Shown here: in pieces, positions 1 through 14,469 of the stretch
How positions within the stretch are numbered: the first letter of the stretch is position 1
Layout of the letters: each line of letters begins with the position of its first letter
Source of the DNA: Raillietiella orientalis
Taxonomy: Eukaryota
Direction of reading: 5' to 3'
NCBI GenBank assembly: GCA_036172245.1
Contig: JAYWIR010000002.1
Span: 3,348,001 to 3,412,000, forward strand
Length of the DNA: 64,000 nt
Notes under the pieces: model-generated
The model's database searches: none
The model's input: the letters and a program-made list of their open reading frames with translations, nothing else
Told to the model about the DNA's origin: nothing
Position numbers and translations under genes: made by a program

Positions 1-249
1 TTCCGCGTCGGCCGTCACACGGACGGACGGAGGATGCCTTGGGCAGTAGCTTGGGATGTGCACAGAGTCTTGCTCCACGTGGTGGTGCACGTTGCGATCA
101 AGAGGGCAACAGCCCACCCGGTGGCCGCACTCGCTTTTTCCCTTGCTCGGAACGCTGTCTTTCGAGTAATCACTGAGTGTCGTTCGAGGACACAGCCCTC
201 CTCTTCCCTCACCCTGCCCCAAATCCACCATGGAGACGAGCAGAAGTAG

Positions 250-620
250 CCCAAGAAAAACCGATGAATAAGTCCCGTACATCGTTCCCAAGAAGAATGG
301 CAGAAGTCCGCCCAAAACGCAACGCCTTCTTCACTCAACATTGGTTACAGGTATCCTCGCAGTTTATTCTTGCAGCCGTTGCTTCGTGCCGGAGACGGAA
401 TCTCAGCTTTCCGAAGGCGGCCAGAGAGTGAAGCGGGGTACCTTTCGTGTGTCCCCGAAATGGCAAAGCAGTCTCCGATCTGCAAACACGCGAACCTTTG
501 CAGGTCGAAAGTTTCCTGAAGAATGGGTGGAGTTCCTGGCGAGCAGCTGCTGTGGAACAGCCGCCGACTTCCGTGAGGATCACTGGCATCGAACGCCGGC
601 AGCAGCAAGCAAGAGATGAC
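250..620 (+). mobile_element. decayed LINE ORF2 C-terminal (zf-RVT-like) fragment
   Basis: Frameshifted NAFFTQHWLQ / GILAVYSCSRCFVPETESQL resembles CxxC..ET..H of zf-RVT. Confidence 0.35.
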
Positions 621-699
621 GCGTGAAAGCTATACGGAGAAATCACTCGGTTGGCAATGCAGCTAGAAAACTGCCCTCGGTCTGCCATCTGTCTCCATG

Positions 700-1700
700 A
701 ACGCCTTTGGATAAGTGGTAGTCATTTGTCTTCCAGAGGGTTCCTTCTCCAATGTTTCCTATGGAGCATCAAGGGAGAACATGGCAGTAGATGCCATCCA
801 TCGGATGTTGTGGTGTTCCTCTTCAAGTAAACGAAGCTTCCAGTGCTTCAGTTGCTCCAAAACCTTCAAGGAGACACTGGCTATAATCCTGGAAGAGGGA
901 GAAGAAACACGATCTGATTCATATGAGTCCCCTCCCTGTGTTTCACTCAGTAGGTACACTGGAGCTGTCAAATGTAACGAGACAGAGAGAAGCGGATGAA
1001 GAAAATCCTCTGTAGAGGGAATCGCGCGTGTGCGCAGCAATGGATCTGTAGCTGATTAGAGAATGCACTGCTTACGCATCAAGCCGTTCAGTTGTTTGAT
1101 ACGAAAGACAGCGGCCATTCATGGGGGAATCTCACGCGACCCATGGATCCCTTGGAGGGCACTCAAACGAACACTAAAGACATGAAGCACGAAAGAGAAG
1201 CGAAAGTGAGCAACCATTGGGGGGGGACAGCTTCTGGACTCTCGCCATTAAGGTGGATAGGATCATGACCAGATGAATGTCTGGCTGATCTTCGACGAAC
1301 GCGGAAGAGCTCCGGTCTTCTGTGAATGGTCCTCAATACGAGCTCCACAGGAGAAAGCCTCGCATCCGAAACTTCTTTTCCGACACACAGGTTCCGCGAC
1401 CATGGGTTCAAAGACTGATGAGCTTGACGGACCTCTTGTGTTGCTTTCTCTCCCGAGAAGAACTGCAGGTCTCCCTTGTGTCTTGACAGCTCCGGGTATC
1501 CCCTCCGGATCCAGCAGGAGATTCCAGCACCTGAGAATTTCACGAAACTGAATCAAACACTGTCTCCGCCTAACGAGGGGCAAAGCTTTCCCCAAAGTAT
1601 GTGGGTGCGTCTTCGGGGAATTTATTTTGAAATGCAAAGCTCTGTGCTCGGACAAGGATCCTCCCACACCCGAACGAAGCTTTTTCGGAGACAGCACAGG
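700..1700 (-). mobile_element. decayed non-LTR RT fragments
   Basis: ATDPLLR and FKINSPKT..LGK / KFSG remnants resembling RT core and thumb; many frameshifts. Confidence 0.3.
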
Positions 1701-4700
1701 ATCCCGTCCTGCATCCGAGGGACGTCGAGGCAGCTCGCTTTAGCGACGGAGCAGCCGCCTCCACGCTACGCAGGGAGGGAAAGTGCCAGTGCCATCTGAT
1801 GCCTGCAGCAGCGAGGAAGCGCCATCCTCGTCCACACCACTCTAGGCGCCAGGGTTCAGGAGGAACAAAGTCCGATGATCCTTCTCCATGCCCCGATTAT
1901 TTATTCGCTTTCTATCATCCTTCCGTCCCCTTTGCTGCTAGACAGCTCTCCCGCGGGGCCTAGTGGCGCGAAGGACAGTACCTAAGCCACGCCAGGGCTC
2001 CATTACGAGCCTGACTCCAAGTTCCCTGTTTATTTTCGATACACAGACGTCCCGGAGTGTCCTTCTCGCCGTGGGTCATCCATGTAGACGAAACAAAGGA
2101 CAAATTCGCCTGAGGAGAGAGTCCGTCATGCTCCAGCTCGGAACGGAAGGGTTCAAACCTCACTGGGGACGCAGGGTGAAAGAGGTCGTGGGTGGGAAAG
2201 GAGTTCCAGAGGGGAAATAGACAATGAACAGATCCAGTGGACTGGTCTCATGGTGGAGATCATCATTTCTGAGGGTCGACGTGGGCAGGAAACGTCTAGG
2301 GGAGGAATGGAATGCCTTATCGGTGGCTTCCAGCTACTTTGGACCCACGTTGTTCTGAGGCTCCCTCGCATCTCACATCTCGGACGGGACCATTCCATCT
2401 CACACGACGGAACTGGAGAGATTCACTTCGGAACTGCGTCAGTAGGAACCTTGCTTGCTGTTCTTGCAATGTCTTTCCTGTGCGGCATCGGGAAACAGCT
2501 CCCCGAGGGCAGCACAATGCCGTGGGAAAAATCCAAAAGAGGAGTCCTCGTTCCTAAAGGAGCATTCCGAGGGTCCCCCAAGAAATGCTCTCTTTCGGGA
2601 ATCGGCCTACGCTCTCGGTGCTGCTGCATGCAATGGAGTAGCTCAACTAAGCGCGCTGGTCGCAAAAGGGGCGATCAGAGGGCAAGGGGAAGGCCTGACT
2701 GCCACAGATTCCACGCCGCAGGAAGACTGACGTGAAGCGTGTTTAGTGTTTCCTTCGAATAGAAGTGTTCAGAGAGTTCTCTTTGAAGAATTTTCGAGGG
2801 ATTTGGTGAAGACCCTAGCGTATTTGCTGTGCTGTGCTCCCACCCTGGATCTTCTTTGATTCTTCTTGCAGATCGCTGAAATCTAGGCATTCGCTCCGCG
2901 GGCTGACAAGCTGGAACGCGAGAGCGCCAGCAAGCACTCTCTAGAGCTGCTGTGCGAAAATTGTGAGTCAAGTATTCCCGAATGGTGCAAACGAACGCCA
3001 GCGGGGTTCCCAGCGTGGAACACTGGTCCATGGGTGCAGCAACTGCTCCTAAAATGTCAGAGATGATGCTGCAAGTAAGACGCTTCAGGTCCCAGGGGCA
3101 CGCGTTGACTCCAAGCAGTTCCCCCTGGACAGGCGTACACATGATCCATGTCCAGATGGGCGTATGTCATGGTAGGCACGAACTGTCCCTGTCCTGCTGT
3201 CGAGAATGAAAACGAGATGTGGGCTGCCATCACACACCCTGACAGATGAATTCCCCGATACGAAATCCTGGATATGACCGATGATACAAGAATCAGAATT
3301 CGTTTTAGGAATTTTTTTCCTTTTCCCTAGAGATTTCCTTCCTTTTCGGTTCTTGAGAACCGCTCTCAATTATGATTTCATCCTGTGACGGTCGTTATGG
3401 AATTCGTATCCATTTTTTAGCAGAGCTTTGGTCAGAATCACAAGGTTCCTACCTATGAGGAGCAAAGCTCTCTTCCTCACTTCTCGTGTATCAGCTTCTT
3501 GGATTTTATTCTCAGTTCTCCCTTCTGATCCTTGGGGTTCCATGCTGAAGTTCCTCATGTCAGTTCTTCATGAAGTTCATGTCACTCACTCTTCTCTCCC
3601 AGGGAATCACCAGCATATTGTTAAAGGGACCGAAGCATTGGCAAGTTTTGTGATTGACTCCACAGAATCGGTTCTTGTACGAGGCATGGAAGCTCTCCTG
3701 TACGCATGCATGTGGTCCCCAAACACGTACCTTACATACGTGGTTGGGAGCCAGTAAACAATCGAGAAAAGTGCCTCCCATGCAAAAGATCTGCAAAGTG
3801 GGAGTATTATGAGTGGCACCCAAGAGAACACATGAAGGCAAACAAGGAGGATCAATCTGCTCATCTGCCTGGAAAAGCTCTCACCTAAACGCAGCTACGA
3901 CTCATGATCACTGGTGGTGACGGAAAACGCCTACGCTTCTGAAAAAATTCCGGCGACTGAGATACCAACGCACAAGATGTGGTTTGGTTCTGGCGATGCA
4001 GCATAGACGTGGAGGCTGATGCGTGTATTTCCAACCCATATAGCCGTTGGCTACTGCAGAACTTTCCGGAGTTCCCTCTTGTTCCTCACTTTATGTCTTT
4101 TCTTGCTCTGCAGGCTTCCCTATCCCGTTCGGATTTCATTTTCCGCCAGGCGCAGCGGTGATTTGAATTCAGAGTCCATCGGGGTCTTGATCTGCTTCTC
4201 GGAGGGACAAACGTCCATTAGCAGCGCCTCAAGAGACTTGTTCATGACGACGGAGGAAATCTCGGGCAAAACGGCGCTCCACTGCAAGCAGGAGTTCGCT
4301 CCGCTGGAGTCCGGCTCGCACTGGGGGAAGTACAGCTCCCTCAAAACAGCTGCTCGTTCCAGGGTTCCGCATTCCAGGAGCTTCTGCAGCACTTTGTCAA
4401 AGTGTGCAGTCGCGTCCTGCAGCCTTCCCGCCAATCTGAGAACAAAGAGCAGACTTGCATCTCTGCGAAAGTTCATTATGGATTAGCTCGATGCAGCGGA
4501 GAGTGGAAGCTCCGGCTACCAAGAGCGTCACGCAAAGCCGGGACAAGATAGAGACTGAGAGGACAGTCAGGTTGTATGTTCCCGAAAGCGCGCATGTCAG
4601 TTTCGTCACTTCCGGTTCAGATTTCCGGAACAGCTGGACTCTCGTGGTTCCAGTGCCCCGCGCAGATTTGAAGTCCAGAACTGGGTCATCTGCATGATGT

Positions 4701-7700
4701 GGACCCTCCGAGCAGCGAGTCATTGTACAGTATGTAATCAGCGTTTTCTTAAGAGTGTGCCTCGCTCGGTCTGGAGTTCGACGGGAGCAAGCGCGAAGAA
4801 TTTTATTTTATTTTTTTTCTTCGGATTCACTGCCTGCAGGGTCACGTGTTTCGCGCATAAGATGGGAAGGTGACATCGGAAACAGAACGGAAGCAGCAGC
4901 GCCTTCTGGCAACCCTGGCTCTCGACCGAGGTTGGAAATCGCGAGAAGGGACGCGGAGCGACATCCTTTTTGTCCGATAACGGAATCGAGGCTTCAGGAC
5001 TGTTGCAGACCATTGCCGTCTGCTGTTGTCCGAGCTTGCCTTTCTGCTAATTTTCCTCCCTATTTTCATAACCAGAGGAGAGAGCCGAAGATGAGTTGCT
5101 GCTCTTCTTCGGTTCATGATCGTCGCTCCACGCCCGCCCGATGCGCTCAAGAACGGGTCTCTGAGGGAAGAGGGGGAGGGGAAAACGGGATTTCGCATCA
5201 GAGCGCCCTTGCGGGACCTCGGCTCTTGCTGCGTGAAGGCCACAGCAGAACTCGCAATCCGCGCGGCAGCGGCAAGCCCTGTAGCAGCATTCGTTGAAGA
5301 AGATGGCTGCACCCCTGGTCCTGGGTCAGAGCTCGTTCTTCCCGCCTCGCGTTGGCCTGACAGCAGCTATCAGTCCCTCCTCCTCGTGAGTTGACTTGTG
5401 CCTCCAGCGATCTGAATGCAAGTCCCTCCTCCCTCCCCCAGGGACTTCCTTCCTAGGAAAGGAAGGGAGGTTCTGAATGCCCTTTTTCCTACAGGTCTTC
5501 CTGAACTAGCAGTGAGAACGCTTCCGGGAAAGAAGGAAGGATGCCCTCTTTCCCGCAACCACCACCTTATCGCGCTAGCGGCGGACAGAGCTGCGGTCGT
5601 TCCCGTAGATTCCAAGCAGCATTCTATAGATCGGGGACGACCTTGAGCTTCCCTGCGGTTCGAGAAAGTGGGAGAGCGCCTCTCCGAGGGGACGGAATAT
5701 CGTTCCAGGTGACCCTGAGAGATCGGTCTGAAGAACGGGAAGGTCATTCGTGGGTCATTCTTGGTGCACGACAGTCTTCGCTGTTGCAGTGTCACTCCGG
5801 GTTCTGGTGAGAAGAGAGAGCGCGGGGAAGACCTGCTGAATTCGAAGGAAAAAGCAGTTTCTCGGGTGCCAAGCCCTTCCCCCTGCCACGGCCGCTTCGG
5901 GGAAGGTCAGTGCCTCTCCAGAAGCGACAGCGAGGAGAGAGAGGTTCCAGCAACAGCGGCGAATGCGGCGCGTGGGGAAGCGTCTTCAGGAGCACCGCAT
6001 TACAAACCCGTCTCATGGACAGGGGTGACCAAGGGAAGAGCAGCTGTCTGCGGCCTCCTCCGGCAGAGGATCGTCCCGAAACCAGTGTCCCTCTCACCTC
6101 TTCTTGTCTTCCTCGCAGAGGCTCTGCACGTTCACCATAGTCAGGAGCAGTCCGCAATACTGACAGCACTCTTCCCGGCAGAAGTTCAGATGGGCGACTA
6201 TCATCGTTAGCAGGTGTCGGAGGGTCGAGTTTAGCATGCGCGGCATCTCCCAGTCGCAGTTGTTCCAGAACTTCTTCAGATGCCTCGGGAACTTGTTCTG
6301 GAACAGCTCCAGTCAGCCTGCGAGGTCACTCCCAAACCTTTTTTCCTGAGAGGCGACTATCGGAGACTACACGAGAGCACGCACTCCGGGAGGGACCCCG
6401 AAAAAATTCGCGCCGGGGACATAGGAGAGGACTCCGCTCCGACCGGAATGTACCCGACTTCCTGTGGTGCTCCACGCTGCTTCCAGACCCCGGAGGACGG
6501 CGGCAGTAACGAGGGCTCCGGAGATGGGAGAAGTAGCGTGAGAACAAGATACCCCCTCTGTGGGGGAGGGAAACAGTCACACGATCTCGGAGGCCCGCGA
6601 AGTCGTGCGGGAGGTGGGTCTCGCCACGGGCGACCCCTTTAGCGCTCGCTAGTTCCACTGTCCGTGGTCTGCAATCGACCTCGGTACCATTCGGCAGGAG
6701 AGGCTGTGACGGAGGAGCATCTCGACTGAGCAAAGAGGCTCTCGACTACCGGGTCCCAGTGTGGCGGAAGGGCAGATCTTCGGGAATCAGAAAGTCAGGA
6801 CGGAAAGCCGAGAATTTGCGGACGCGGAGCGCGCTTCCGGCAGTCCGGTTTGCATTGCTGCCTTCGAGTGGTCTCTATCCTGTCCTTGTGTCTCCCCTGG
6901 CACTGTCAGGCGAGACGGGAGCCGGTCGTTCGCCTTCTCCTCCCATCCGCCCCACCCGCAGCTAACAGTAGAGGAGATGCGAGAAAGCGGAGTGAGGCGG
7001 AGGCGAACAGAACTACGCCATTGGCCAGCGGCACAAAATGCAGAGATCTGCTCCGATAGTGTCCTCGCATCCTCCTGACGCGCGAGTTTGCGAGACGAAG
7101 AAGGACAGACGGGAAATGCAGACGGCACCCCACCCCACCCCCACTTCAGCCTGAACGGTGGAGTGAGGTATCGCTAGGTAGGGAAATCCATCGGGTCACG
7201 TCCTGCAAGGCTGGAGCTCCACGACCTGATGCTCACGCTCCAGTATGAGATGCTGGGACGGAGCTGATGCTGCTACAGCTTTTTTCGAGAGAGGGTCAGC
7301 AGCAATGAAGCTTGACAGACTTCCCCAACAGACGCGCTCCTCTCACGGGCCAAGAGACGAAGATGGACGAGGGATTCGGGATCCGAGCGTGTGAAGCCGC
7401 AACTGGGCCCCGTGCGCTTCGCAGTGGAAGCTCAAGCGAGTCCTCCCTCCCTTCCGAAGCGAGCCGTGACCCGTCAACGCGTCCCGAAGGACTCTCAGGG
7501 TCAAAGAACAGGTAGGGTCGGATAAAAGCTCGAGATCGGTTGAAGCACCCTTTGTTGTCATCTCGGACGGCATCCTGTAGACTAATCGAGCAAGCTCGGG
7601 CAGAAGCCAGAAGTGCTGCTTACTTCCCCATTATAAGAAGAGACCCCTTAGAACAGCAGTGGGGAACCTGCGGCCTGTTGCGACGAAAAGGTCGCCGGCC

Positions 7701-9329
7701 GCTGGCATCGAGGGCGTCCCAACTTTCGTGGGATGATGCAAGCGAGTCTGATGAGGATAAATAACGAAAATCATCAAGGATGGACCTTCCATTCTTTAGT
7801 CGACCCGGGGATCAAAGAGCACATTCGGGAGATGCGGGTGTTCTTTCTCATAGACGACTCTTAATTCCAAACCGCATGAACTGAATCCTCAACACGCAAC
7901 GCGTTTGCGCTTTCGTCGATAACGTTCCAAAAACACCGCTCCTTTGCTACGGAGAGTGATGCCGTTCTCCATTGGAAACATTGGCTTAAAAATAAAAAAA
8001 CGTCCTGATCGAAATGATGAGTGCACGCAAAGGTATGTACACATTTGTAAGCGAACGTGTGCGAATAAATTCGCCATGTTTACACAGCAATTTGTGAAGA
8101 CGACTAAATTTATGTTCACGACGGCCGTTTGTTCCGCTTGTTTCAATTTCCGCGGATGATTTGTCTGGAAGAACATCACGATAAATACCTCCTCAGTATC
8201 TCGCCCTTCGGGGGCTGGCAACAAGCTATCAGGATATCCGTCAGTGCAGCGGCTTGGAGGGGTTCGCGCGTGACAGATGCACACATCACATTCTGACCAC
8301 GCGTTTGAATTCCAAATGTTCTCCGCGCGATGCTTCCGAGTTGTGCTCCGGAAGCTGCCCGAGCGCGGAAAGCGCGTGCCGCCGCGCGTTCGAGAACCTT
8401 CTGGAAGGGAACTTTCCGAAAGCGATTATCTCGGAGTGGACGTGAGAGCTCGCATTGCTGCTGGCCGACGCGAGTGGCGTGAGGCGCTGCAAAAGCATCC
8501 ACACGAGCGTGCCCTTCACGGGGCGAGTGCGCCAGGTGTGGCCCCCGTTGCGGCAAAAAATCTCGGACCGAAGCCCACGAGCGGCCAGCGCCAAGTCGGC
8601 GGGAAGGAGCCACCACGGGTCGCCCTGGCAGGCAGTCCTGGAGAATCCTCCGCGGATCGCCTGCGACGAGTTCGCCGAACCTGGCCGTCTTGGCTCGCCC
8701 TCCATGTTCCGGGGCGCGGGCGAAGAAATCAGGAACGCCTCCTGGATCGCACGTGGGTCCCTGCTCCCTCAAGTCGCTGCGGACCCCTTCCCGCAGGGCC
8801 TGCACGGCAGGGACCGAAGGCCGCCTGTCCACGCAAGCAGCTCACCTGCCGCCTCCCTGATACGGCGGAGGCCCCCAGGTCGGGGTGTAGTGACGGCAGG
8901 GGGAGGGTGCGGGGAGGAGGGGAAGTCGCTCCTTTGATGGGTTCGCGAGAAAACATCGTTGCGAGGGGGGGGGGGGGGATAAAGTCGTTCGACGCGCGCG
9001 CGCACCTCCCGCGAAGGACGCACCGCGCTGGCGGCCGAAAACGGGGGTGCCTCCCATTTCCCCCAGCAAACGTCGGCAAGCCCGCCCCCCTTGGTCACAC
9101 CGCCGCCTGCAGACTTCCTTCGCCAAGGAGGTGCAGGAAAACGATCCGGAACCTGGGATTCTGACACGTCCGTGGATGGGAAGAATAGGGTCTTTTGGGA
9201 GGCGGCAAAGAGAACTTCCAGGACTCACCCCCCCTCAGGAAAAATCAAAAAATCAGGAGACTCCCCCCCCCATGTGCTGACCGTGACGCGCGCGCGTGCA
9301 GCCTCGACACCTCTCGGGTTTTTCTTACC

Positions 9330-10800
9330 CTCAGGGGCCGGGCGTACTTGAGGACCAGCTTCTCCCAAGGCGCGTTGCTGCGCTGCAGCTCCTCCAAGCG
9401 CCTCCTGGCCTCCTGCAGCTCCTGGTCGTGGTCCTCGAGGCGCACGGGCTGGTACTGAGGTCGGTTTGACAGGAGCCCCGAGAGTAACCCTTCCCCCGTA
9501 CTGCCCCCTCTCCCCGAAATCCGGGAAAGAAAATCACCGGGATCCGGGAGGCGACCCCGATCTTCACGCTCAGGCTCCGGACGGTCTTCAAGTGGCACTC
9601 GATCTGCACAACGCAGCATCCCAGCTCCGCCAGCGCCCTGCCGTGCATCTCGTACGCCTTCTTGATGTTGCAGTGCAGCTGCAAGATGCCCGGTTCATTC
9701 GCCCTCAGTTCCTCCCCCCCTTCACCCTTCCTCACCGTCTTGACGATCCTCTCGTACAGCTTCTCGGAGAAGGTCTCCTCACAGCAGCTGTTTCCAGGAG
9801 TGGAAGAGATGGGTGACTCTTTAGTGAGGCTGGAGGACCGGCACGGGTCCCCGCCCTCGGGCGCCCACGGGTTGCAACGGAAATCCAGGGAGTTCGCGAG
9901 GCAGGCAGCGGTCAGCAGGAGCTCTCACCGGAGGGATTTCCGTCCTCCCCATACGGTGTCTTCATAGCTGCGCCGAGGAGGATCGGGAGGCGGCGATCTC
10001 GGACCCGACACGACCGCAGCAACGTCACTTTCAGCGGGAGTGAAGTGGCTGGCGGAGGGGAGCCGCGCTTCGCTTCCGCGTGCTCCCGGCTTCCCACTCC
10101 GAGATGCCGTGATGCCGTTTCCGGAAGAGCTCTCGCGGAATGGACGAAGGGCGGTTCGAAGGAGACAATTCAAAGGGGATAGCAAAAAGGCAGAGCGAGG
10201 GAACCAAGGGAACTCCTCCGGACCTACGGATTCCGCGCTGAAACCGCTTACTGGGTCCGCCCGCTCCCATCCTCGCCTGTTCGTCTCCATGCGCGACAGA
10301 GGCACGCCCTCATCACCTCCCGCGCTCCCCCTGACTCTTTCAATCCCCGGAGGACCCCTTGTCCAGCATGTGTTCACTCCCATTCTCGCGGATCACTTCC
10401 CCCTCGGACCCTCCCTCGACCTGGAAGCGCGCAACCCTTCCCCCCTCTTTCCCTCTCTGGGGCTCCGGGAACGGTCCCTCCCGATCGCAGGACGAACTGA
10501 GTCCCCGGACCCCCCTCCAGCTAGGCATCCGTGCTGCCCCACCCCCTACCCCTTCCCTCCGGACGGCGTCCGCAGGCTGCAGGCTTACCACTTCTGGACG
10601 GCCACCTGGCACCTCTGGCAGGTCTTGAAGCGGGGTTCCACGGGAGCCAAGGTCGACTTGGACCTGCACCTGCTGGAGAGCCTGGATGGGATCGTGAAGA
10701 AGTCCTTGCTGGAGAACTGCTCGTCCGTCTCCACGTGGGACTCGCAGGCCGGCCTGGGAGCGGGCTCTCCTGCCTTCCCCCTTTTCAGCATGCCTTCGAT
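9330..10800 (-). mobile_element. ORF1/Gag-like remnants
   Basis: Helical coding-like stretch (EKLYERIVKTVRK...KKAYEMHGRALAEL) and a degenerate knuckle KTCQRCQVAVQKW*AC. Confidence 0.3.
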
Positions 10801-11516
10801 TTCAGCCGAGGCGGTCGGAAGAGGGAGATCGCATCTCACGACACCCACACGAGGGGGATGAGGAGAGCGAAACAAAAAAAAAAAGAAAGAAAAAACGCAA
10901 GCAGAGAAATTTCGTCCGGTTCCGCAATGCCTTCTTCAGCAGAGGCTGCTAGGCAACCGACCGACTTTGAGAATCCGCGCGCGCCTCTGTTAGAAACTAA
11001 AGGAGAGAACGTGGCTTCGACGTGCGCAGCATCCGGGGCGTCTGAATTGGCTTCGCGTCTTAGCCTGGCGTCCGATTGACGAGGATTCCGGACGTACCCT
11101 TTGCCTGCCCCTTCCCCCCTCCACTGCTCGGCCAGCACCCCCTCCTTCGTACTGTCCGAAGCTCAGGTATCGCCTGCGACCAGTCCTTTTATTCTTCCCC
11201 AAATCAAGTCGGGGGCCCATTCTTTCCCCGTGGATCTGACACCTCCTCTCTTCCTCGAATTTCGAAGCCCAAGGTTGAAGCGGCAAACTCCGTGGCATCT
11301 AAAGAGTAGCCGCCTCCTCGCTCCTGACCTCCCTTAACGCTCGAAGGAGGTTTCGAGGTTTCAAGCGACTCTGCTGGGTCTCTCCGTGCTTCCGCACGCT
11401 TCACCTCTCCTCTTTGACTCATCCCCTCCCCCTCCTCCTGTCTTCCTCCTTCCCTTCCCGTTCCCTGCCCGAACCTCCTTGGGCCGCGAGGAGCCTCGCA
11501 GACCCTCCGTCTTCCA

Positions 11517-12260
11517 TCATGGTCGCCTGCGCGTTACCTCCGAGTCCTCCCGCTGCAGCTGCTTCTTCGCCTGGGCGGCTTTCATCTTGGGGGACGCTGC
11601 TTCCGCGTCTCGTACGCTCCGAGCCACGTGACCAAAGTCGCACGCGCGTCCTTCGTCCCGAAGCAACCAGCCGAGCGTGGAGCCTCGGCAGACTCGCCAC
11701 CTGGAGGCTCCCATCTTAAAGGGCAAGGAGCCCTCGAAGTTCCGGACCGTTCCAGCGCGGCGCCTCCCGTCCTCCTCTTCCTTCACTGGGGCCACTTCTC
11801 CGTAGAACGTCAGCTGCGGACTAAACTGAGATTCTGGATTGCGGGTGCGATCCCTACCTGAGAGATGCAGGACCGTCCACCTCGAAGACGCTGCTGCTGC
11901 AACATCAAGGTGGTGGAGGGAGGGGGACAGGAATCGTCGGCCGGACTTGCTTCTATTCGCCTCAGCGCGCACCTTCCTGTTCTTTACCTCTTCCTCTTTC
12001 AAGCATCCCGTGACCCTTCCGGGAGTCTGACCGAAGCGCCTGAGGAAGCTCGGGCGTTGCCGCTTGCAGCTCTTGGCTCCGCCCGCCTGCACAGCACCGG
12101 CCATAGAGGGCGTTCCCCGCCGGCCAGTCCTTTCACTGCTGCCACATCCCTGTCGGTTTCGCGCCTTCCTCTTTGGATACAGATCTGGGATGAGGCGCTC
12201 CGAGGGATCGAGCCAGTCAAGCACCAGGTGATGCATCCAAGTCAGCTTCCGTTCCATTAG
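11517..12260 (-). mobile_element. Tx1/L1-like ORF1 (RRM-like + CCHC knuckle) remnant
   Basis: MERKLTW...TVLHLS...QLTFYGEVAPVKEE...GWLLRDEGRACDFGHVAR has the typical ORF1 layout, with a degenerate zinc knuckle. Confidence 0.5.
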
Positions 12261-13099
12261 CGTAATGGCGTTTTGTTGTCGACCCGGGGAGAAGAGCGCA
12301 CGTGCGGATCTCGCGTGTTTGCTCGCTCGGAGAGAAGAGCGGAACCTCGGCCGATGCGCGGAGAGTTCGCCGCCCTCCCTCCCTTCCCTCCCCATCGCGG
12401 GCTTTAGTGCATCGTGGGGATAAGGGAAAAAGATGATGAGAATGGATCACTGCCCATGAAGCGGGGCAGGCCGCGCTCTCTTGCTCGTTGCCACGGAAGC
12501 TCGTATTTATTGAGCCAGGCGACTAATTCGAATCTCACGTGATCAATTGCAAGAGAAGGGGAGAAGGGGGACGGAAGAAATGGCTCTCGAGGACCGCAGT
12601 TGGATGGTTCCGATGCGTGTCAGTAGCAGAAGCAGCGGCGCTCACGAAGCGAGTCGAGCCATTTCATCAGTCCCCGATGAGCGTTCCCTTCGCTCATTCT
12701 CTCGATTCGGACCCGGTTGCTCCGGGCCGTTCATTTACGTGCAAATAGACTTACAAGAGAAGCTTGTGGTACAGAAGGTAGAGAGGGGTTGGTAGCGAAC
12801 ATGAGACGCCGCCTCGCCCTTGACAGAGAAATATCGAGGAGGGGAGGAAGAAGTTCTGACTAGACTAGACCTTCCATTCTTTAGTCGATGGAGAATTCTC
12901 TCTATTTCCATCCCAGTGGATGAGGGAAGCGAGAACATCACAGAGATTGGTAAGTGTGTAATATGCGACTCCCCACGCCAGTCTTCTCGGATTGCCACTC
13001 TAGAAAGTGCCTAGCTCGAACCGGTCCATAGATGAAGCATAGCACTGTGACTGCTGCAAAGTCGTGAAGACCCGTGCGTTGCAAGAAGCGACGGAGGAT

Positions 13100-14200
13100 C
13101 TCCTAGATTGTCGGAGAACATAGGATGGCGTGGACCAGGCGCTCCCAGCCTCGTCAAGCCTCCTGGCGCTCGATCGACATATGTGGTGACGTCTCTTCAG
13201 AACCATGTCGACTGCAGTTTGGGGACGCATGTTTTTCCCGTTGTCTGGAACTCTTTGCGTTGTTTTGGGTACGGCAATGGTTCGAAGGGAAAGCGCGCAA
13301 CACAACTCATGAGAACACAGAAGTCCTGATCGGATAGGTCCACGAAGTTGGCCCAGCGGGTGAGGTCTTTGGGCAGAGGGTGAGGTCTCCTCTCGACTTC
13401 CCTGGATATGTGCGTCGGCGAGCCGGCGAACTTCCGCGAAAGCTGCTGAAGCCAGCCTCGAAGGCCAGGGAGCGTTCGAACGGAGGGAAACCTCTTAGGT
13501 GGACTGGCTGGCCGCAGGCGGTAACCCTTGCCCCCTTCCCGCGCTCTCATCCGGTACGGCGTGGTGAGTTTCACCCGTCCGTCCGTCCATCCCGGGGTCG
13601 GTCGCCTGGCCGGAGTGCACCCAGGAAAGGTTCGGGGACGAACCAGCAGTCCTCTTGTGGCTCCCAAGTCCCTCCCTTCTAGAGGGGATGCAGGAAATAC
13701 TCTGCGGCGGATTGCAGGCACCGCTGTTTGGTAACTCTTCTGGGGAAGGAGTTGATCCGTTAGGGGGAAGGGGATTCTCGGTCGCCTCGGTTGCCGAGCG
13801 CCGGAAAGCGCATTCGCGGGCGATGTGGCAAACACGTGGAGAAGCTCCCGCCCGTCTGTCTGCGAAGGGGAGGTGGTCCGGTCCGCAGAGTCCCGGATTC
13901 GGAGATGTCCCTGTTGATCGTGGAGAGAGAAATGGCGGCTCTCGGAGGCGAATGGAGAAGGAAGAACAGGATGAAGATGCCGGAAGATTCCAGGTTGGCA
14001 CGTGTGCAGCTCCTGTCTTGCTCTTCCGGATTCGCAGCCGGGCGGTTTTTCGGGGCGTCATCCCAGTGGTCCGCCAGATCAGAGTGAAGCCAAGCCGCGC
14101 TCCGTGCCCGACGGCACAGATCAAGCATCAGATGGAATCCTCGGAGCTGTTTTCACTTCTCCCTCGCAGCGTGCGCTCGTGAGCCGACAGGGCGTTTGCC
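13100..14200 (+). mobile_element. decayed APE endonuclease and linker of LINE ORF2
   Basis: RLSENIGWRG (cf. SWNI.GL), VTSLQNH (cf. LQETH), SKGK.AT.L, and a later SPGF (cf. GPG.WKLN). Confidence 0.4.
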
Positions 14201-14469
14201 TTTCCGCGGTGCTGCGCGAAGGACTTCCCGGTGATGCGCATCGGGTTATTCCGCCGGGATATGTTGGTACACTTCCAGCTCAGACATCCCGAACAGGTGG
14301 ATCCCACGGCTGCCTCCATCCCTTTTGGCCTGAAGCGAAAGGTTATCCGACTCGATGAGGAGACGATACGACGATCTCCATCTTACCTTTCCCCCTCCTC
14401 CTTCATCTCTTCCAGCTTTTCCCTTTTTTCCTGTTTGGTTCCCAAGGAGTGCTGAAGAACCGTCCGCCT

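Noticed and set aside
7730-7790. Hammerhead ribozyme (CTGATGA...GAAA)
   Set aside because: There is no valid stem II and no NUH cleavage triplet with proper stem I/III pairing.
8277-9164. 295-aa ORF as a gene
   Set aside because: GC-rich, Arg/Pro/Gly-biased, open in several frames and without a coherent domain; probably TE debris.
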